From an uncultured delta proteobacterium (GTDB taxonomy: Bacteria > Desulfobacterota > Binatia > UBA9968), in the NCBI GenBank assembly GCA_963745035.1, contig CAVUVW010000002.1, positions 1-64,000 of the forward strand: a DNA stretch of 64,000 nt, in the 5' to 3' direction. A program made the translations under genes and the position numbers. This document shows, in pieces, positions 30,824-40,687 of this stretch. The notes under the pieces are model-generated. The model worked only from the letters and a program-made list of their open reading frames with translations. It searched no databases and was not told the DNA's origin. Positions within the stretch are counted from its first letter, which is position 1. Each line of letters opens with the position of its first letter.

Positions 30824-31834
30824 TTACTTCGCCGGATAGCGCTTCGCCATCTCGTTGAAGAAGCCTTCCTTCTCGAGTTCCTGCAGGAAACTCATATCCA
30901 CGAACTGCTCCGGCTTAGCAGTTTTCGCCTGCGGCATCTGGGACACCAAGCGATCGAGAAGAAACTGCAAGCCTTTCAGGGTCGGATACGGTTTCTTGGG
31001 CGTCGTGGTAACGTAAGCTTGATAAGAGCTTTCGAGAACTTCGGCATCGCTGGTGCGCATGTACTTGCCGAAGATTTTCTGCGTCGCCGGCTTGTCGTTG
31101 AATATAAAGTGGATGCCCTCGACGTATCCTTTTAGCGCCGACTTCACGACCTCGCGGTTGCTTTTGATATAAGCACGCGTGGTCGCCATCCCGTTTCCCT
31201 GGACTTCGACTTTGAGATCGGGAATCTTGACCAGCTCGACGAGTCCCATGCGCTTGGCGATCGGAATCGTCGATGAGTTGAAGATCGCCGCGTCGATCTT
31301 CCCCGCGGTCATCGCCGCGATGCGCTCGGCGTCCGGGCCGCCCGGCACCAGCATGATGTCCTTGTCGGGATCGAGCTTGAGATGATTGGCGAGGATGATC
31401 GCGGCAAAATGAGTGGCGGCGCCGTAGCCGCTGATGCCAAGCCTTTTCCCTTTCAATTGTTCCAGGCGAGTGATTTCCGGGCGGGCGAAAACCGTCGAGT
31501 CGTAATAGATTTCGACGCCGGCAATCAGCACGAGATCATGCCCAGCCAAACCGGCTTGAACCACCTGACCGATGCTCATGAGCGGCGGGTCGCCGCCTGC
31601 CAACGCCTGAATCGCCAATTGCCCGCCGCGGAGAAAAATCGGCTCCACGTCGAGGCCGTATTTTCGGAACAACCCCGCGTCCTTCGCCACCCAAATGTGT
31701 CCCTGGCGAAAACCGAGGGAGGGATAGCCGAAACGAACTCGTTTTAGCTCCTGCGCAATCGACGCAGTAGTCAAAATCGGCTGAAGCCCGAAGAGTATAA
31801 CGATCGCGAGTAGATTGTTCCTCTTCTTCGACAT
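30824..31834 (-). CDS. NMT1/SsuA/TauA-type solute-binding protein
   Basis: GLFRKYGLDVE, LKGKRLGIS, ELEKEGF motifs. Confidence 0.88.
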   Translation of the reverse strand: MSKKRNNLLAIVILFGLQPILTTASIAQELKRVRFGYPSLGFRQGHIWVAKDAGLFRKYGLDVEPIFLRGGQLAIQALAGGDPPLMSIGQVVQAGLAGHDLVLIAGVEIYYDSTVFARPEITRLEQLKGKRLGISGYGAATHFAAIILANHLKLDPDKDIMLVPGGPDAERIAAMTAGKIDAAIFNSSTIPIAKRMGLVELVKIPDLKVEVQGNGMATTRAYIKSNREVVKSALKGYVEGIHFIFNDKPATQKIFGKYMRTSDAEVLESSYQAYVTTTPKKPYPTLKGLQFLLDRLVSQMPQAKTAKPEQFVDMSFLQELEKEGFFNEMAKRYPAK

Positions 31835-31923
31835 AAGGCGACTCTTTTTTTCGTGTCCTTCGTGTTTCCTTCGAAAAGTACGGGTGCGGAATGGTAGCAG
31901 CTGGCGGGGTAGCGGTTGGGTTC

Positions 31924-32026
31924 CGTCATACCCGCGATTCGAAAGCATGCCCTCGCGAAAGCGGGGGCGGGTAACCAGGCGAATTCGCCAAAACAAACCT
32001 GGATTCCCGCGCACGCGGGAATGACG
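31924..32026. repeat. Palindromic intergenic repeat GTCAT...ATTCCCG-CGGGAATGAC (also 37791-37868, 50617-50691)
   Basis: Three related copies with nested inverted repeats. Confidence 0.75.
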
Positions 32027-32099
32027 AGTGGCGGGAGAATCGTGTCGTGCGAACCTCCCATTTTCATTCTCTGTGGGCGAACGTAAGCTCATGAATCAC

Positions 32100-33122
32100 T
32101 TACAGTCCGAAAATTTCCCGGAATTCTTTGATTGTCTGATTGAATTGCGGCCCGGTCTGGGGCGGCTCGACCTGAAGCTTCAATTTCGATTGCTCCATCC
32201 GCGGCGAGAACGGCTCGATGTCGGGCCGTGCCGGGATGCGCCGCAAGGCACGCAATCGCTGCTGCGCCGGTCTGGACAAGAGATAGTCGTAGAACAGCTT
32301 CGCCGTATGCGGATGCTGCGGTTTGGCGCTGATACCCGCGGCATTCACGGTGACGACGATGGGATTGACCGTATTCACCCACTCAATCGGTGCGCCTCTT
32401 TGCTTCATCTCCTCGACACGGTGCGCGTAGACGACTCCTAGAGGAAATTCGCCCGCAGTCATGAGCTGAGCGATCAAGGTATGACCTTTGCGCCATTGAA
32501 TCTCCTGCTTCGCAAGCGCGCGCATGTATTTTTGCGCCCGCTCTCGGCCCCAACTCTTATGCAAGGTGCCGTACCAAGGGTACTGCTCCTGATCGATCGA
32601 GACTTTGCCCTTCCATTTCGGATCCAGGAGATCTTCCCACTGCTTCGGCGCTTCCTTCTCGCTAACTAATTTGGGGTTGTACCCGATCGTGGCATAGTTG
32701 ATGTAGACCGCCGTCCAGTGACCTTTGGGGTCTTTGAACTCGGGGATGTAGCTCTTGGCCTCGGGAGATTGATAGGGCGCCAGCAACTTGGCTTCGATCA
32801 GCGCATCGACTTCGCTGATCGTCACGAGATCGAAGTCCGAGCGGCCAGCGCGCGCTTCGGTGACGATGCGGTTGAGCGTCTTCTCGCCGCTGGCGCGAAA
32901 GATTTCTCCCTTGACGAACGGATACTGCTTTTCAAAGTCATCGAGCAGCGGCTTCGATTCGGTCACGTTGGTGGATGTGTACCAAACCAGCTTGCCTTCC
33001 TTCTTGGCGCCTTCAACAAGTTTGGCTTTTTCGTCGGACTGGCTCCAAACCTGCGTCGCGCCCATCGAAAGGAACACGACCCAAATGATCAAAGAAACCA
33101 GAACAGTAAAAACTGAGCTCAT
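32100..33122 (-). CDS. Fe3+/thiamine-type solute-binding protein
   Basis: AKKEGKLVWYTS, WEDLLDPKWKGK, HPHTAKLF motifs. Confidence 0.88.
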   Translation of the reverse strand: MSSVFTVLVSLIIWVVFLSMGATQVWSQSDEKAKLVEGAKKEGKLVWYTSTNVTESKPLLDDFEKQYPFVKGEIFRASGEKTLNRIVTEARAGRSDFDLVTISEVDALIEAKLLAPYQSPEAKSYIPEFKDPKGHWTAVYINYATIGYNPKLVSEKEAPKQWEDLLDPKWKGKVSIDQEQYPWYGTLHKSWGRERAQKYMRALAKQEIQWRKGHTLIAQLMTAGEFPLGVVYAHRVEEMKQRGAPIEWVNTVNPIVVTVNAAGISAKPQHPHTAKLFYDYLLSRPAQQRLRALRRIPARPDIEPFSPRMEQSKLKLQVEPPQTGPQFNQTIKEFREIFGL

Positions 33123-33243
33123 TCTACCTCCGTTCATCGAACCTATTTCGTTAACGATCCTCGGGCAAAACTGCATGAGTATTAAGAAAGACTGCGGCGA
33201 AGTCAATTAGCCTTGCCAAGTGACATCTGAGGGTCGGAGCGTT

Positions 33244-33325
33244 CACCGCAGAGTCGCTGAGACCGCAGAGAAATAATTCTTTCTCAAGAATTACTCTGAC
33301 CCCAGCACTCCGCGCCTCCGCGGTC
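33244..33325. repeat. Gene-free CACCGCAGAG...CTCCGCGGT inverted-repeat element (also 49383-49443)
   Basis: Same arms as those flanking the GxxExxY gene. Confidence 0.7.
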
Positions 33326-33364
33326 AAAACTGACTTCTGTTATTGAGCCGCGCCCTGGCGCGCT

Positions 33365-34348
33365 CTAAGGCAAATAGCCGCACTGGCGCCAGAAGCGTTC
33401 GGCGGCGGGATGGAGAGGCACTTCAAGGTGGCCCTGCGGCGTGTCGCGCACCATTTGCGCAAGCGGCAGCGGCGCTTCCCCGGCCCACGGAATTCGCGTC
33501 TTGCTTTCCTCCAGCGCGCGGCAAAAATCCGCGACCATAGCATCCGGCGTATCGCGGTGGGTGTAGATCGGCCAACCGCTGAAATCGAGGGTCGGCACAT
33601 CGGCAGCGAGCTTCGGAAAATATTTCTGTTGAATCAAGCCCCGTCGTAGACCCACCGTTTCCAATCGCGCGAGCATGGTTTCGTCCAACGAGAGAAAATT
33701 CATGCCCAACTCGAGCGCCATGTTGCCCCAGGCGCTGGCGCCCTCGTCAAAGATTGCGTCGATCTCGTCGCGCTGCATGGCGCCGATGCGGTTCGGTCCG
33801 TAGGCCATGCCAGCGTCGTAGCGCACTTGACCGCCCCAGGAGACGATGTCGTCCAGCGAAAAACCGGCGGCTTCGAGCACGTGATTGACGATTACGTGCA
33901 GCGAATGGTCCGGCTGCGCGCGCAGTGAAATCCGCAGCGGAAATTTGCGCGCGCGGATATCGCTGAACGATTGGAGACCCGTTTCCTGTTTGACGGCGAA
34001 CAGCATCGAGTCCAGGGACGGCAGGACAGCGATCACGCGCACAGGTATCGGCTCCGTGAAAGGCGCGCTGCCCAGCGCGGCAAGCTTGAGCATCATCGAC
34101 GGATTGATGATCGCAAAGTGCACGCGACCCTCGGCAACTTCTTGGACGGTGGCGGGGCTATCGCTCGCGAACAAGGTCACCGGCCAATCGGCGGCGCCCT
34201 GCTCGCGCAAACTGATGCGCGCCTGGAGATAAGGAAAATCTTTCCGATTGACGAGGGCTGAGGCGACTTCGAGCATGAGCCGCGACCGCGTCGTGTGCGG
34301 ATGCGTTCGCAAGCGGGTAGGTTTGAGGGTCAATTCGTCTTGGCTCAT
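33365..34348 (-). CDS. TAXI-like solute receptor fold protein
   Basis: C-terminal PLHPAAERFW motif; SFSDIRARKFPLRIS. Confidence 0.7.
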   Translation of the reverse strand: MSQDELTLKPTRLRTHPHTTRSRLMLEVASALVNRKDFPYLQARISLREQGAADWPVTLFASDSPATVQEVAEGRVHFAIINPSMMLKLAALGSAPFTEPIPVRVIAVLPSLDSMLFAVKQETGLQSFSDIRARKFPLRISLRAQPDHSLHVIVNHVLEAAGFSLDDIVSWGGQVRYDAGMAYGPNRIGAMQRDEIDAIFDEGASAWGNMALELGMNFLSLDETMLARLETVGLRRGLIQQKYFPKLAADVPTLDFSGWPIYTHRDTPDAMVADFCRALEESKTRIPWAGEAPLPLAQMVRDTPQGHLEVPLHPAAERFWRQCGYLP

Positions 34349-34485
34349 AACTACACCGTCGAGCTTCCGGAATACCTCCCGCAAAGCATGTCCTGAGACT
34401 TGTATGATGGATGTCGGCTCTGAACCGGGAGTGCTCTGCTACAATGCCCGAAACGCCAAAGGCATTGTGCAAGGAGGCACTCAGC

Positions 34486-35622
34486 ATGGGACACAAAGCG
34501 TTTATACCACAAGAGTACGATGTGTTTGCGGGCTTGGACGTAGATAAAAGAAGCATCTCGGTGACCTTTAGCAACCATCAGCAAGGATTTGTCCGATCGT
34601 TGCACATGCCGTACAGCGTGGAGCACTTGCTCAAGCACGTACGCAAGCATTATCCCGATCAGAAGGTTGCGTTTGTCTATGAAGCTGGACCGACGGGGTA
34701 TGGATTGTATGATGGGCTTTCGGCCCAGGGGTATAACTGCTTGGTGGCGGCACCTTCGATGATCCCTCGAGCTCCCGGGCAAAGAGTCAAAACCAATCGC
34801 CTCGACAGCCGAGGGTTGTCGGAGAGCTTGCGCGGTGGACAGTTGAAGAGCATTCACGTGCCTTCGCCCATTTATCGAGAGCTTCGCCATCTCACTCAGC
34901 TGCGCGACACCTTGGTCAGTGAAGTGGCGGGGATGAAGCAGCGGATTCAATCGCTGTTGCTGTTTGAGGGGATCGCTTTCCCAGCGGCTCCCGCTGGGAG
35001 CCGCTGGTCTTTGAAAGTGAAGAGCCAACTGAGGAAACTTCAGTGCTCTAAGAGCATGCGCTTTAAACTCGATCAGTTGCTCGACAACGTGGAGTTTTCT
35101 GAGAAGCAGGTCGTGAAAGTGACCAAAGAGATTCGCAAGCTCTGTCAGAACGATCCTGAACTGGCGCAGTGCATGAAGTATATGATGAGCGTTTGTGGCA
35201 TCGGCTGGATTGTGGCCAGTCAGCTCCTGGCTCGTATCGGTGATTGGCGGGAACTTAAAAACGTGCGTCAGCTGGCAGGGTTTTTGGGGCTGGTTCCGAG
35301 TGAGGACTCTACGGGAGAGAAAACCGATCGAGGCTCGATCACCCGCACGGGACATGGCCGCCTGAGGAGTAAACTCATCCAAGCGGCCTGGTCGGCGATT
35401 CGCCAAGATGGTGAACTTCGGGAGTTTTACAGTTCGGTATGCCGCAGACACCCGCGGCATATGGGTCCGCGAGTCGCCATCGTCGCCGTGGCGCGCAAGC
35501 TCAGCACCCGGATTGCTGCGGTGTTGATGGAACAACGGCCCTATGTGATGAGACAAAAAGTTCATTCAGCTCCTTTGACCCAAGAGGAGACATCGCCCCA
35601 GGGAACGGCTCGACGACTTTGA
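34486..35622 (+). CDS. IS110 family DEDD transposase
   Basis: AGLDVDK, YEAGPTG, KTNRLDS, GLVPSEDSTG, VAVARKL motifs; GGAGG RBS. Confidence 0.95.
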   Translation: MGHKAFIPQEYDVFAGLDVDKRSISVTFSNHQQGFVRSLHMPYSVEHLLKHVRKHYPDQKVAFVYEAGPTGYGLYDGLSAQGYNCLVAAPSMIPRAPGQRVKTNRLDSRGLSESLRGGQLKSIHVPSPIYRELRHLTQLRDTLVSEVAGMKQRIQSLLLFEGIAFPAAPAGSRWSLKVKSQLRKLQCSKSMRFKLDQLLDNVEFSEKQVVKVTKEIRKLCQNDPELAQCMKYMMSVCGIGWIVASQLLARIGDWRELKNVRQLAGFLGLVPSEDSTGEKTDRGSITRTGHGRLRSKLIQAAWSAIRQDGELREFYSSVCRRHPRHMGPRVAIVAVARKLSTRIAAVLMEQRPYVMRQKVHSAPLTQEETSPQGTARRL

Positions 35623-35624
35623 GA

Positions 35625-35800
35625 ACCGGGAGAAAGAAACTCCTGACGGTTCGATCCTTGAGACAGAGATCCCGGGGCTTTGTGCCTTAGAGAGGGGCGC
35701 ATTTTAAGTCAGTGTGACGGCCGGGTGCCGTGCCACGCATAGCAGCAAGTCTCTCTTGGCCGGGAAAGAAGAAGGGATAAACTAAGAGCATTCGCGGTGT
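35625..35800 (+). ncRNA. Putative bridge/seek RNA of the IS110 element (boundaries approximate)
   Basis: Non-coding end with segments matching target (TCCTGA, CTTTG) and circle junction (CATAGCAG, CAAGTCT). Confidence 0.55.
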
Positions 35801-35858
35801 AGCGACTTGACATCCACATAGCAGCAAAGTCGAAGGGACGCGAAGCCCGCAAAGATTC

Positions 35859-35917
35859 TGTCATTTCGACCGCACGGGAGAAATCCTTCTTAGATCCCTC
35901 GCATTGCTCGGGATGAC
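35859..35917. repeat. TGTCAT...GATGAC palindromic repeat (related copy 39514-39585)
   Basis: Inverted-repeat ends with internal GAGAAATC/GATCCCTC arms. Confidence 0.6.
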
Positions 35918-35973
35918 GGTCTTTGACCGTCACTTGGCGCCTTTGCGCCTTGGCGAGAGATAATCCGAACGGA

Positions 35974-36963
35974 CTACTTCGTCTTCAGCTCCCGATAGAC
36001 CTCGCGCGCCAATCTGAAATCCGCTACCTGTGAGATCGGCACGGACTGTTTCGCCTTCGTCACCCGCAAGCTTTCCTCAATGCCTTCCTGCAGCGCCTGG
36101 TCCGATGCCACGCCGCTATCGGTCCAGGTCTTAACCATCATATCGAAAGCCTTCTCGGCGACGTCGCGTTCAAGCTTCCACTTCGCCATGATCAGCGAGA
36201 TGGAATCCTGCCGCTGGGCGCGCGCATGGGCCATGCCTTTAAAGGCCACCGCGATCATGTTTTTGACCTGATCGGGCCGTTGCTGCAGCCAGCGATCGGA
36301 AACACCATACCCGCCATTGATGCTCTCCAAGGTTTCGCCCATGAAGGCTAGGCGGCGCAACCCCATGCGCTCCGCGAGAATATCCACCGGCAAGGTCAAC
36401 GTGGTCGCGTCAACGACGCCGGCTCGAAGGGCTTGGAGCCGGTCGGGTGTATTGCCGATGACTCGCAGAGTCATTTCCTTATCGGCGTCGATGCCAGCGT
36501 CCTTGAGCAAACGTCGCGACAGAAATGACTCTCCGGACGTAAGCGTGGCTACGCCCAGGACTTTGCCCTTTAGCTCCTTGATGGAGCGAATCTCTCCGCG
36601 CGCCATGAGCGAGAATAGCGGTCGGTCGTTATAGACCATCGCCAGCTTCACGGGCAGGCCGCGCACCGCGGCATTGATCGTCGTGCCGGCGAAGACCACA
36701 TATTGAATATCGCCGGAGATCAGCGCCGTTACCGCGATCGTCGGCGGGATATTGATCAGCTCAGCATCGAAGCCGGCCTGCTCGAAGAAGCGATTCTCTT
36801 TGGCGACGATCAACGGAAACGGAATCAACCCGCCGACGGAATAACCGATTCGCACCTTTTCCAGCTCCTTGCTGGCGGCAACAACCGGGGCGCTCGTGAG
36901 CGCAATAAAGATCGTCAGCGCGACAGCCGGAGCAAAAGCAACTCTAAGACTTCGTCGCATCAA
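35974..36963 (-). CDS. NMT1/SsuA-type solute-binding protein
   Basis: Signal peptide; KELKGKVLGVAT, RLQALRAGVVDA. Confidence 0.88.
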   Translation of the reverse strand: MMRRSLRVAFAPAVALTIFIALTSAPVVAASKELEKVRIGYSVGGLIPFPLIVAKENRFFEQAGFDAELINIPPTIAVTALISGDIQYVVFAGTTINAAVRGLPVKLAMVYNDRPLFSLMARGEIRSIKELKGKVLGVATLTSGESFLSRRLLKDAGIDADKEMTLRVIGNTPDRLQALRAGVVDATTLTLPVDILAERMGLRRLAFMGETLESINGGYGVSDRWLQQRPDQVKNMIAVAFKGMAHARAQRQDSISLIMAKWKLERDVAEKAFDMMVKTWTDSGVASDQALQEGIEESLRVTKAKQSVPISQVADFRLAREVYRELKTK

Positions 36964-36993
36964 TCATTTTCCTCTTTAGTTGAACGAGGCACG

Positions 36994-37710
36994 TTAAGGC
37001 CAGCGATTTCTGTTCTGCGGCCGCTTCGCCCAGTAGTCCTCGAAGGCCTTTGGACCGGCGCGCTCATAAACCCGCCGGTGGGTCGCTCGGTCGGCCACAT
37101 GCGGCAACACCCGTTCGGAGTACTGCAAGTGCGTTACCTCGCCTTGCGCCGCGGCGTCTTCGGCCGCGAGCAAATCGTCGAGGAACTGCCGCAGCTCTCG
37201 ATCGTTGGCCATGTTGCTGCGAAAAATCAACCGGCCGTCTTTGTGGACGACGAACAGCGCGTTGGGCCAAACGCCGTAGGCCCGGTGGATTCTGCCATCG
37301 AGATGGTCGACGATGATCGGAAAACGAACGTCTTCTAACTTCTGCAGATCGCGCGCATAGCTTAGTTTTTGCTCGAACGAATCATGAGCGGAATAGTTCT
37401 CGGCCGGATGGGATTCTCGCGTGTAAAGTAAAAAGAACGACACGTCGTTGCCGGCAAATTCTTCCTGCAATCGATTGAAAGCCGGCACCTCGAAGGCGCA
37501 CATCGGACTGGTCACTGCTCCGGTCATGATCACGATGTGGCGCTTGCCGCGAAAGTCGCGGGACCGAACGACGTTGCCGTCCAACGCCGTTGCTTCAAAC
37601 TCCGGCGCAGGCGCGCCGACTTTCGCCGGCATGGTTTCGCCCGGATTCGTCGTGCCGGGAGAAGCGACAGTGAAGTCCTCAGAATTGTACTGTTGTTCTT
37701 CGTCTATCAT
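36994..37710 (-). CDS. Deiodinase-like thioredoxin-fold protein
   Basis: VGAPAPEF, GAVTSPMC, YTRESHP, YGVWPN motifs. Confidence 0.72.
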   Translation of the reverse strand: MIDEEQQYNSEDFTVASPGTTNPGETMPAKVGAPAPEFEATALDGNVVRSRDFRGKRHIVIMTGAVTSPMCAFEVPAFNRLQEEFAGNDVSFFLLYTRESHPAENYSAHDSFEQKLSYARDLQKLEDVRFPIIVDHLDGRIHRAYGVWPNALFVVHKDGRLIFRSNMANDRELRQFLDDLLAAEDAAAQGEVTHLQYSERVLPHVADRATHRRVYERAGPKAFEDYWAKRPQNRNRWP

Positions 37711-38143
37711 TGATCCGCTGCAATAGAATGTGGGAGCAATGAATATCTGCTGAAAGAGATCTGGACGCGCGCTTAGCTACCTCGCTCTTCCGTCATACCC
37801 GCGAATGCGGATATCCAGGCTGATTCGCAAAAGCACGAATCTGGATTCCCGCCTGCGCGGGAATGACGACAAGCCCCATTTTGATTATCCGTTGGGCAAG
37901 CAAAGCTCATGAATCAGGGGCCTTCCCTTCGGACTCTCACCCCTGCCTTCTCCCGCTTCGCGGGCCAGGGGGGCTAAGTCGTTCGCACGTCCGAATTTCT
38001 CCAACGAGGTAGTTTCAACTCTTCTCCCGAAGATCTTAGCGCGTCTCTTCGCGGTACACGCCGATCGCTTCTTGCAGCGCCCCTACATCATTGAGAACAA
38101 GGTGGCCAGCACGCAACTTTGACGCCAATGGCAATCGACGTCG

Positions 38144-39338
38144 CTATTGATCGTTTAGATGAAAGTATTTCACCGCGTTGCCTACGGTCATTTTCCAAAT
38201 CTCGTCTTCCGTCGACTTGGCGAAATTTTCCGCGATGACCTTCTGTGAGTTGGGCCAATCCGATTCGAGATGCGGAAAGTCGCTCGCCCACATGAGCTTG
38301 TCGATATCCAGCTCTTGGCGCGCGATGCGCACGCCGACCGGGTTACGGTTGAAGCCCCAGTAGCAATGCTCGCGCGCGATCTCGCTCGGCATGCGCTTGA
38401 GCCGCGGCAGGCCCAGAACGCGCTCGGCCCAGTACTGCTGGCGGCCGTATTCGTTGTCCATCTGGTCCATCCAGTTGGGCACCCAGCCGATCTGCACCTC
38501 GGCAACGTAGATGCTCAATTTCGGGAAAGCGCTCGAAGGCGCCGCCCCAGATCATCTGCACGACCTGCCTGCTGCCGCGAAAACCATATTTGTTGAAGCG
38601 CTCCACGATGTCCGGCACGTGATGCTCCGGATCGGTTTTGCGCGGATACTTGAATGCCGGCGCCGTTGCCGCAGCCGATTGGCCGCGTCCGCGCCGCGGA
38701 AAACCAAACTCGACATGGATGGTGAGCGCCATATTGAGATCCACCACTGCCGCCCAAAAACGATCGTCCTCCTGGGTTGGATATGGATTGCCGGCCGGAA
38801 AATGGTCGAGAGCCACCGCCTTGAGGCCGATCTTCGCGCAATGCACCAACTCGCCGACGGCGTCGTCGATATTCGTAATCGGAATGACACCGACGCCGAT
38901 CAACCGCTCCGGGGCGAACGAGCAATACTCCTCGGCGAGCCAATCATTGTAAGCGCGCACTACCGCTTTGTGGGCCTCGTCATTGCGGATGCCGCGCCAA
39001 AAGCTCGGCCCAACGTTGCCGTGAAACAACACTTCGGCATCCACACCATCCTTTTCCTGCTCCGCCAGTCGCTGCGCCGGCGAGCCTGTGCCCGGTGAGG
39101 TTTCGTAATGCTCGCCCGGAAGCGGATCGAAGGGACGGCGTTCTTCGTAAGGAACACCGCAGGAAATATTGGAGATCAAACGCTCGAGCGGCTGCCCTTC
39201 TTGTAGTACCGCCAGGGTACCATCTTCCAATGTGATCACTTTCGGCGCCCGGTCGCGAAACTTCTCCGGCACTCGTTCGGCATAGCGATCGGGCCGGATC
39301 TCGAGATGGGAATCGGCGGAAATACATTTGTACTTCAT
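38144..39338 (-). CDS. Amidohydrolase_2 family protein (indel near 38515)
   Basis: ISADSH, RAYNDWLAEEY, MWASDFPH, GNAVKYF motifs. Confidence 0.88.
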
Positions 39339-39661
39339 AAATCCTCTCACGAATCAATCAGCGCCCGGCTTATACCCAGGGAGGAATGTTGTCAACGCTC
39401 GACCCACCGCTCGAATCAATCGTTGATTCCCCTTCGGTTGATGCGATACAAATGGGAGCGTCAGCCGGATTCAATTTGGAGAGACAAATTTCGGTCGTGG
39501 TTCAGTTTCGGAAAGATCTCTCACTTCGTTCGAGATGACAGGTCCGTTATTTTGTTTGTCATTCCGAGCGAATGCGAGGAATCTTTCTCCAAGGTGTAAT
39601 GCTCATCACGGTCAAACTGCACCACTACTCAAATTTCTAGTCGACGACGAAGGAATTTTAC

Positions 39662-40666
39662 ATGATAATCATTAGACGGTTACCGCTCGCCGTGGCATCG
39701 ATCTTGATCGCTGGAGCTTCGGCGCAGATCACCGGCGCTGCCGAATCCGGTAAATCAATTCCTTTGCGCGTCGCCTACAGCGCCATCACCGTCAATCAAG
39801 CGATCCCGTGGATCGCCTTCGATGCCGGCCATTTCAAGAAAAACGGTCTGGATGTCGAGTTGATCCACGCCAGCAGCATCACGTCCATGCAGGCTCTGCT
39901 CGCCGGCGAGGTCGCGGTGGCCCAATCGGTCACCGACGCCTGCGTGAGCTCGAACTTGAGCGGCGCCGATACGCTTTTCTTGGGCGCGATTCTCGACAAA
40001 CCGTTGTACAGCTTTATCGTCAATCAGAAAATCAAGACGCCGGCAGACTTGAAAGGCAAACGGGTCGGCGTCACTCGCGTAGGCTCGACACCGGATGCGC
40101 TTGCGCGCACGATGCTTAAAACGTGGAACCTGGACCCGAACACCGATGTCACGATCGTGCAGCTCAACGAGATGGGTCTGCTGGTTCAAGGTCTGGTCAA
40201 CGGCGTGATCGACGCGGCGCCGATTTCGATTCCGAGCAATATCCGCGCGAAGAATCTCGGCTTCACCGAGCTCTTCGACATGACCAAGATCGGCAAGACT
40301 TACATCACCGGCACGGTAGTCACGCGCAAGCGCTTCATCGACGGCCAGCGCGATACCGCGAAGCGGTTCATGCGCGGCTTTCTCCAAGGCATGAAAACCT
40401 ATCTGGAAGACGAAGATCTTAGCATCAAAATCATCCAGAAGTGGACGCGGGCCAAGAACCGCGACGAAGTGAAGGAAGCCTATGATCTCCAGGCAAAGAA
40501 CATGCTGCGCATCCCGCGCACGTCGATCGACGGCGTGAAGACCATTCTCGAAGGCATGGAAAAACTTCCCGGCGCCAAGACCGCGGACCCGCGCCGCTTC
40601 ATCGACTCAACGATTCTCGACGAGCTGGAAAAGGAAGGCTTCTTGAAGACTCTCTACAAGAATTGA
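39662..40666 (+). CDS. NMT1/SsuA-type solute-binding protein
   Basis: FKKNGLDVEL, DLKGKRVGVTR, ELEKEGFL. Confidence 0.9.
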   Translation: MIIIRRLPLAVASILIAGASAQITGAAESGKSIPLRVAYSAITVNQAIPWIAFDAGHFKKNGLDVELIHASSITSMQALLAGEVAVAQSVTDACVSSNLSGADTLFLGAILDKPLYSFIVNQKIKTPADLKGKRVGVTRVGSTPDALARTMLKTWNLDPNTDVTIVQLNEMGLLVQGLVNGVIDAAPISIPSNIRAKNLGFTELFDMTKIGKTYITGTVVTRKRFIDGQRDTAKRFMRGFLQGMKTYLEDEDLSIKIIQKWTRAKNRDEVKEAYDLQAKNMLRIPRTSIDGVKTILEGMEKLPGAKTADPRRFIDSTILDELEKEGFLKTLYKN

Positions 40667-40687
40667 CCTCGAGCGCTTCGCTAAGGC

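Larger units (their letters stand above)
34396..35824 (+). mobile_element. IS110/IS1111-family insertion sequence
   Basis: AG core at both ends; subterminal inverted repeats TATGATGGATGTC/GACATCCACATA; joined ends give TTGACA-17 bp-TATGAT; empty site restores a repeat found elsewhere in the window. Confidence 0.85.

Noticed and set aside
34351-35565. 404 aa ORF antisense to the IS110 transposase
   Set aside because: No recognisable motifs; shadow ORF.
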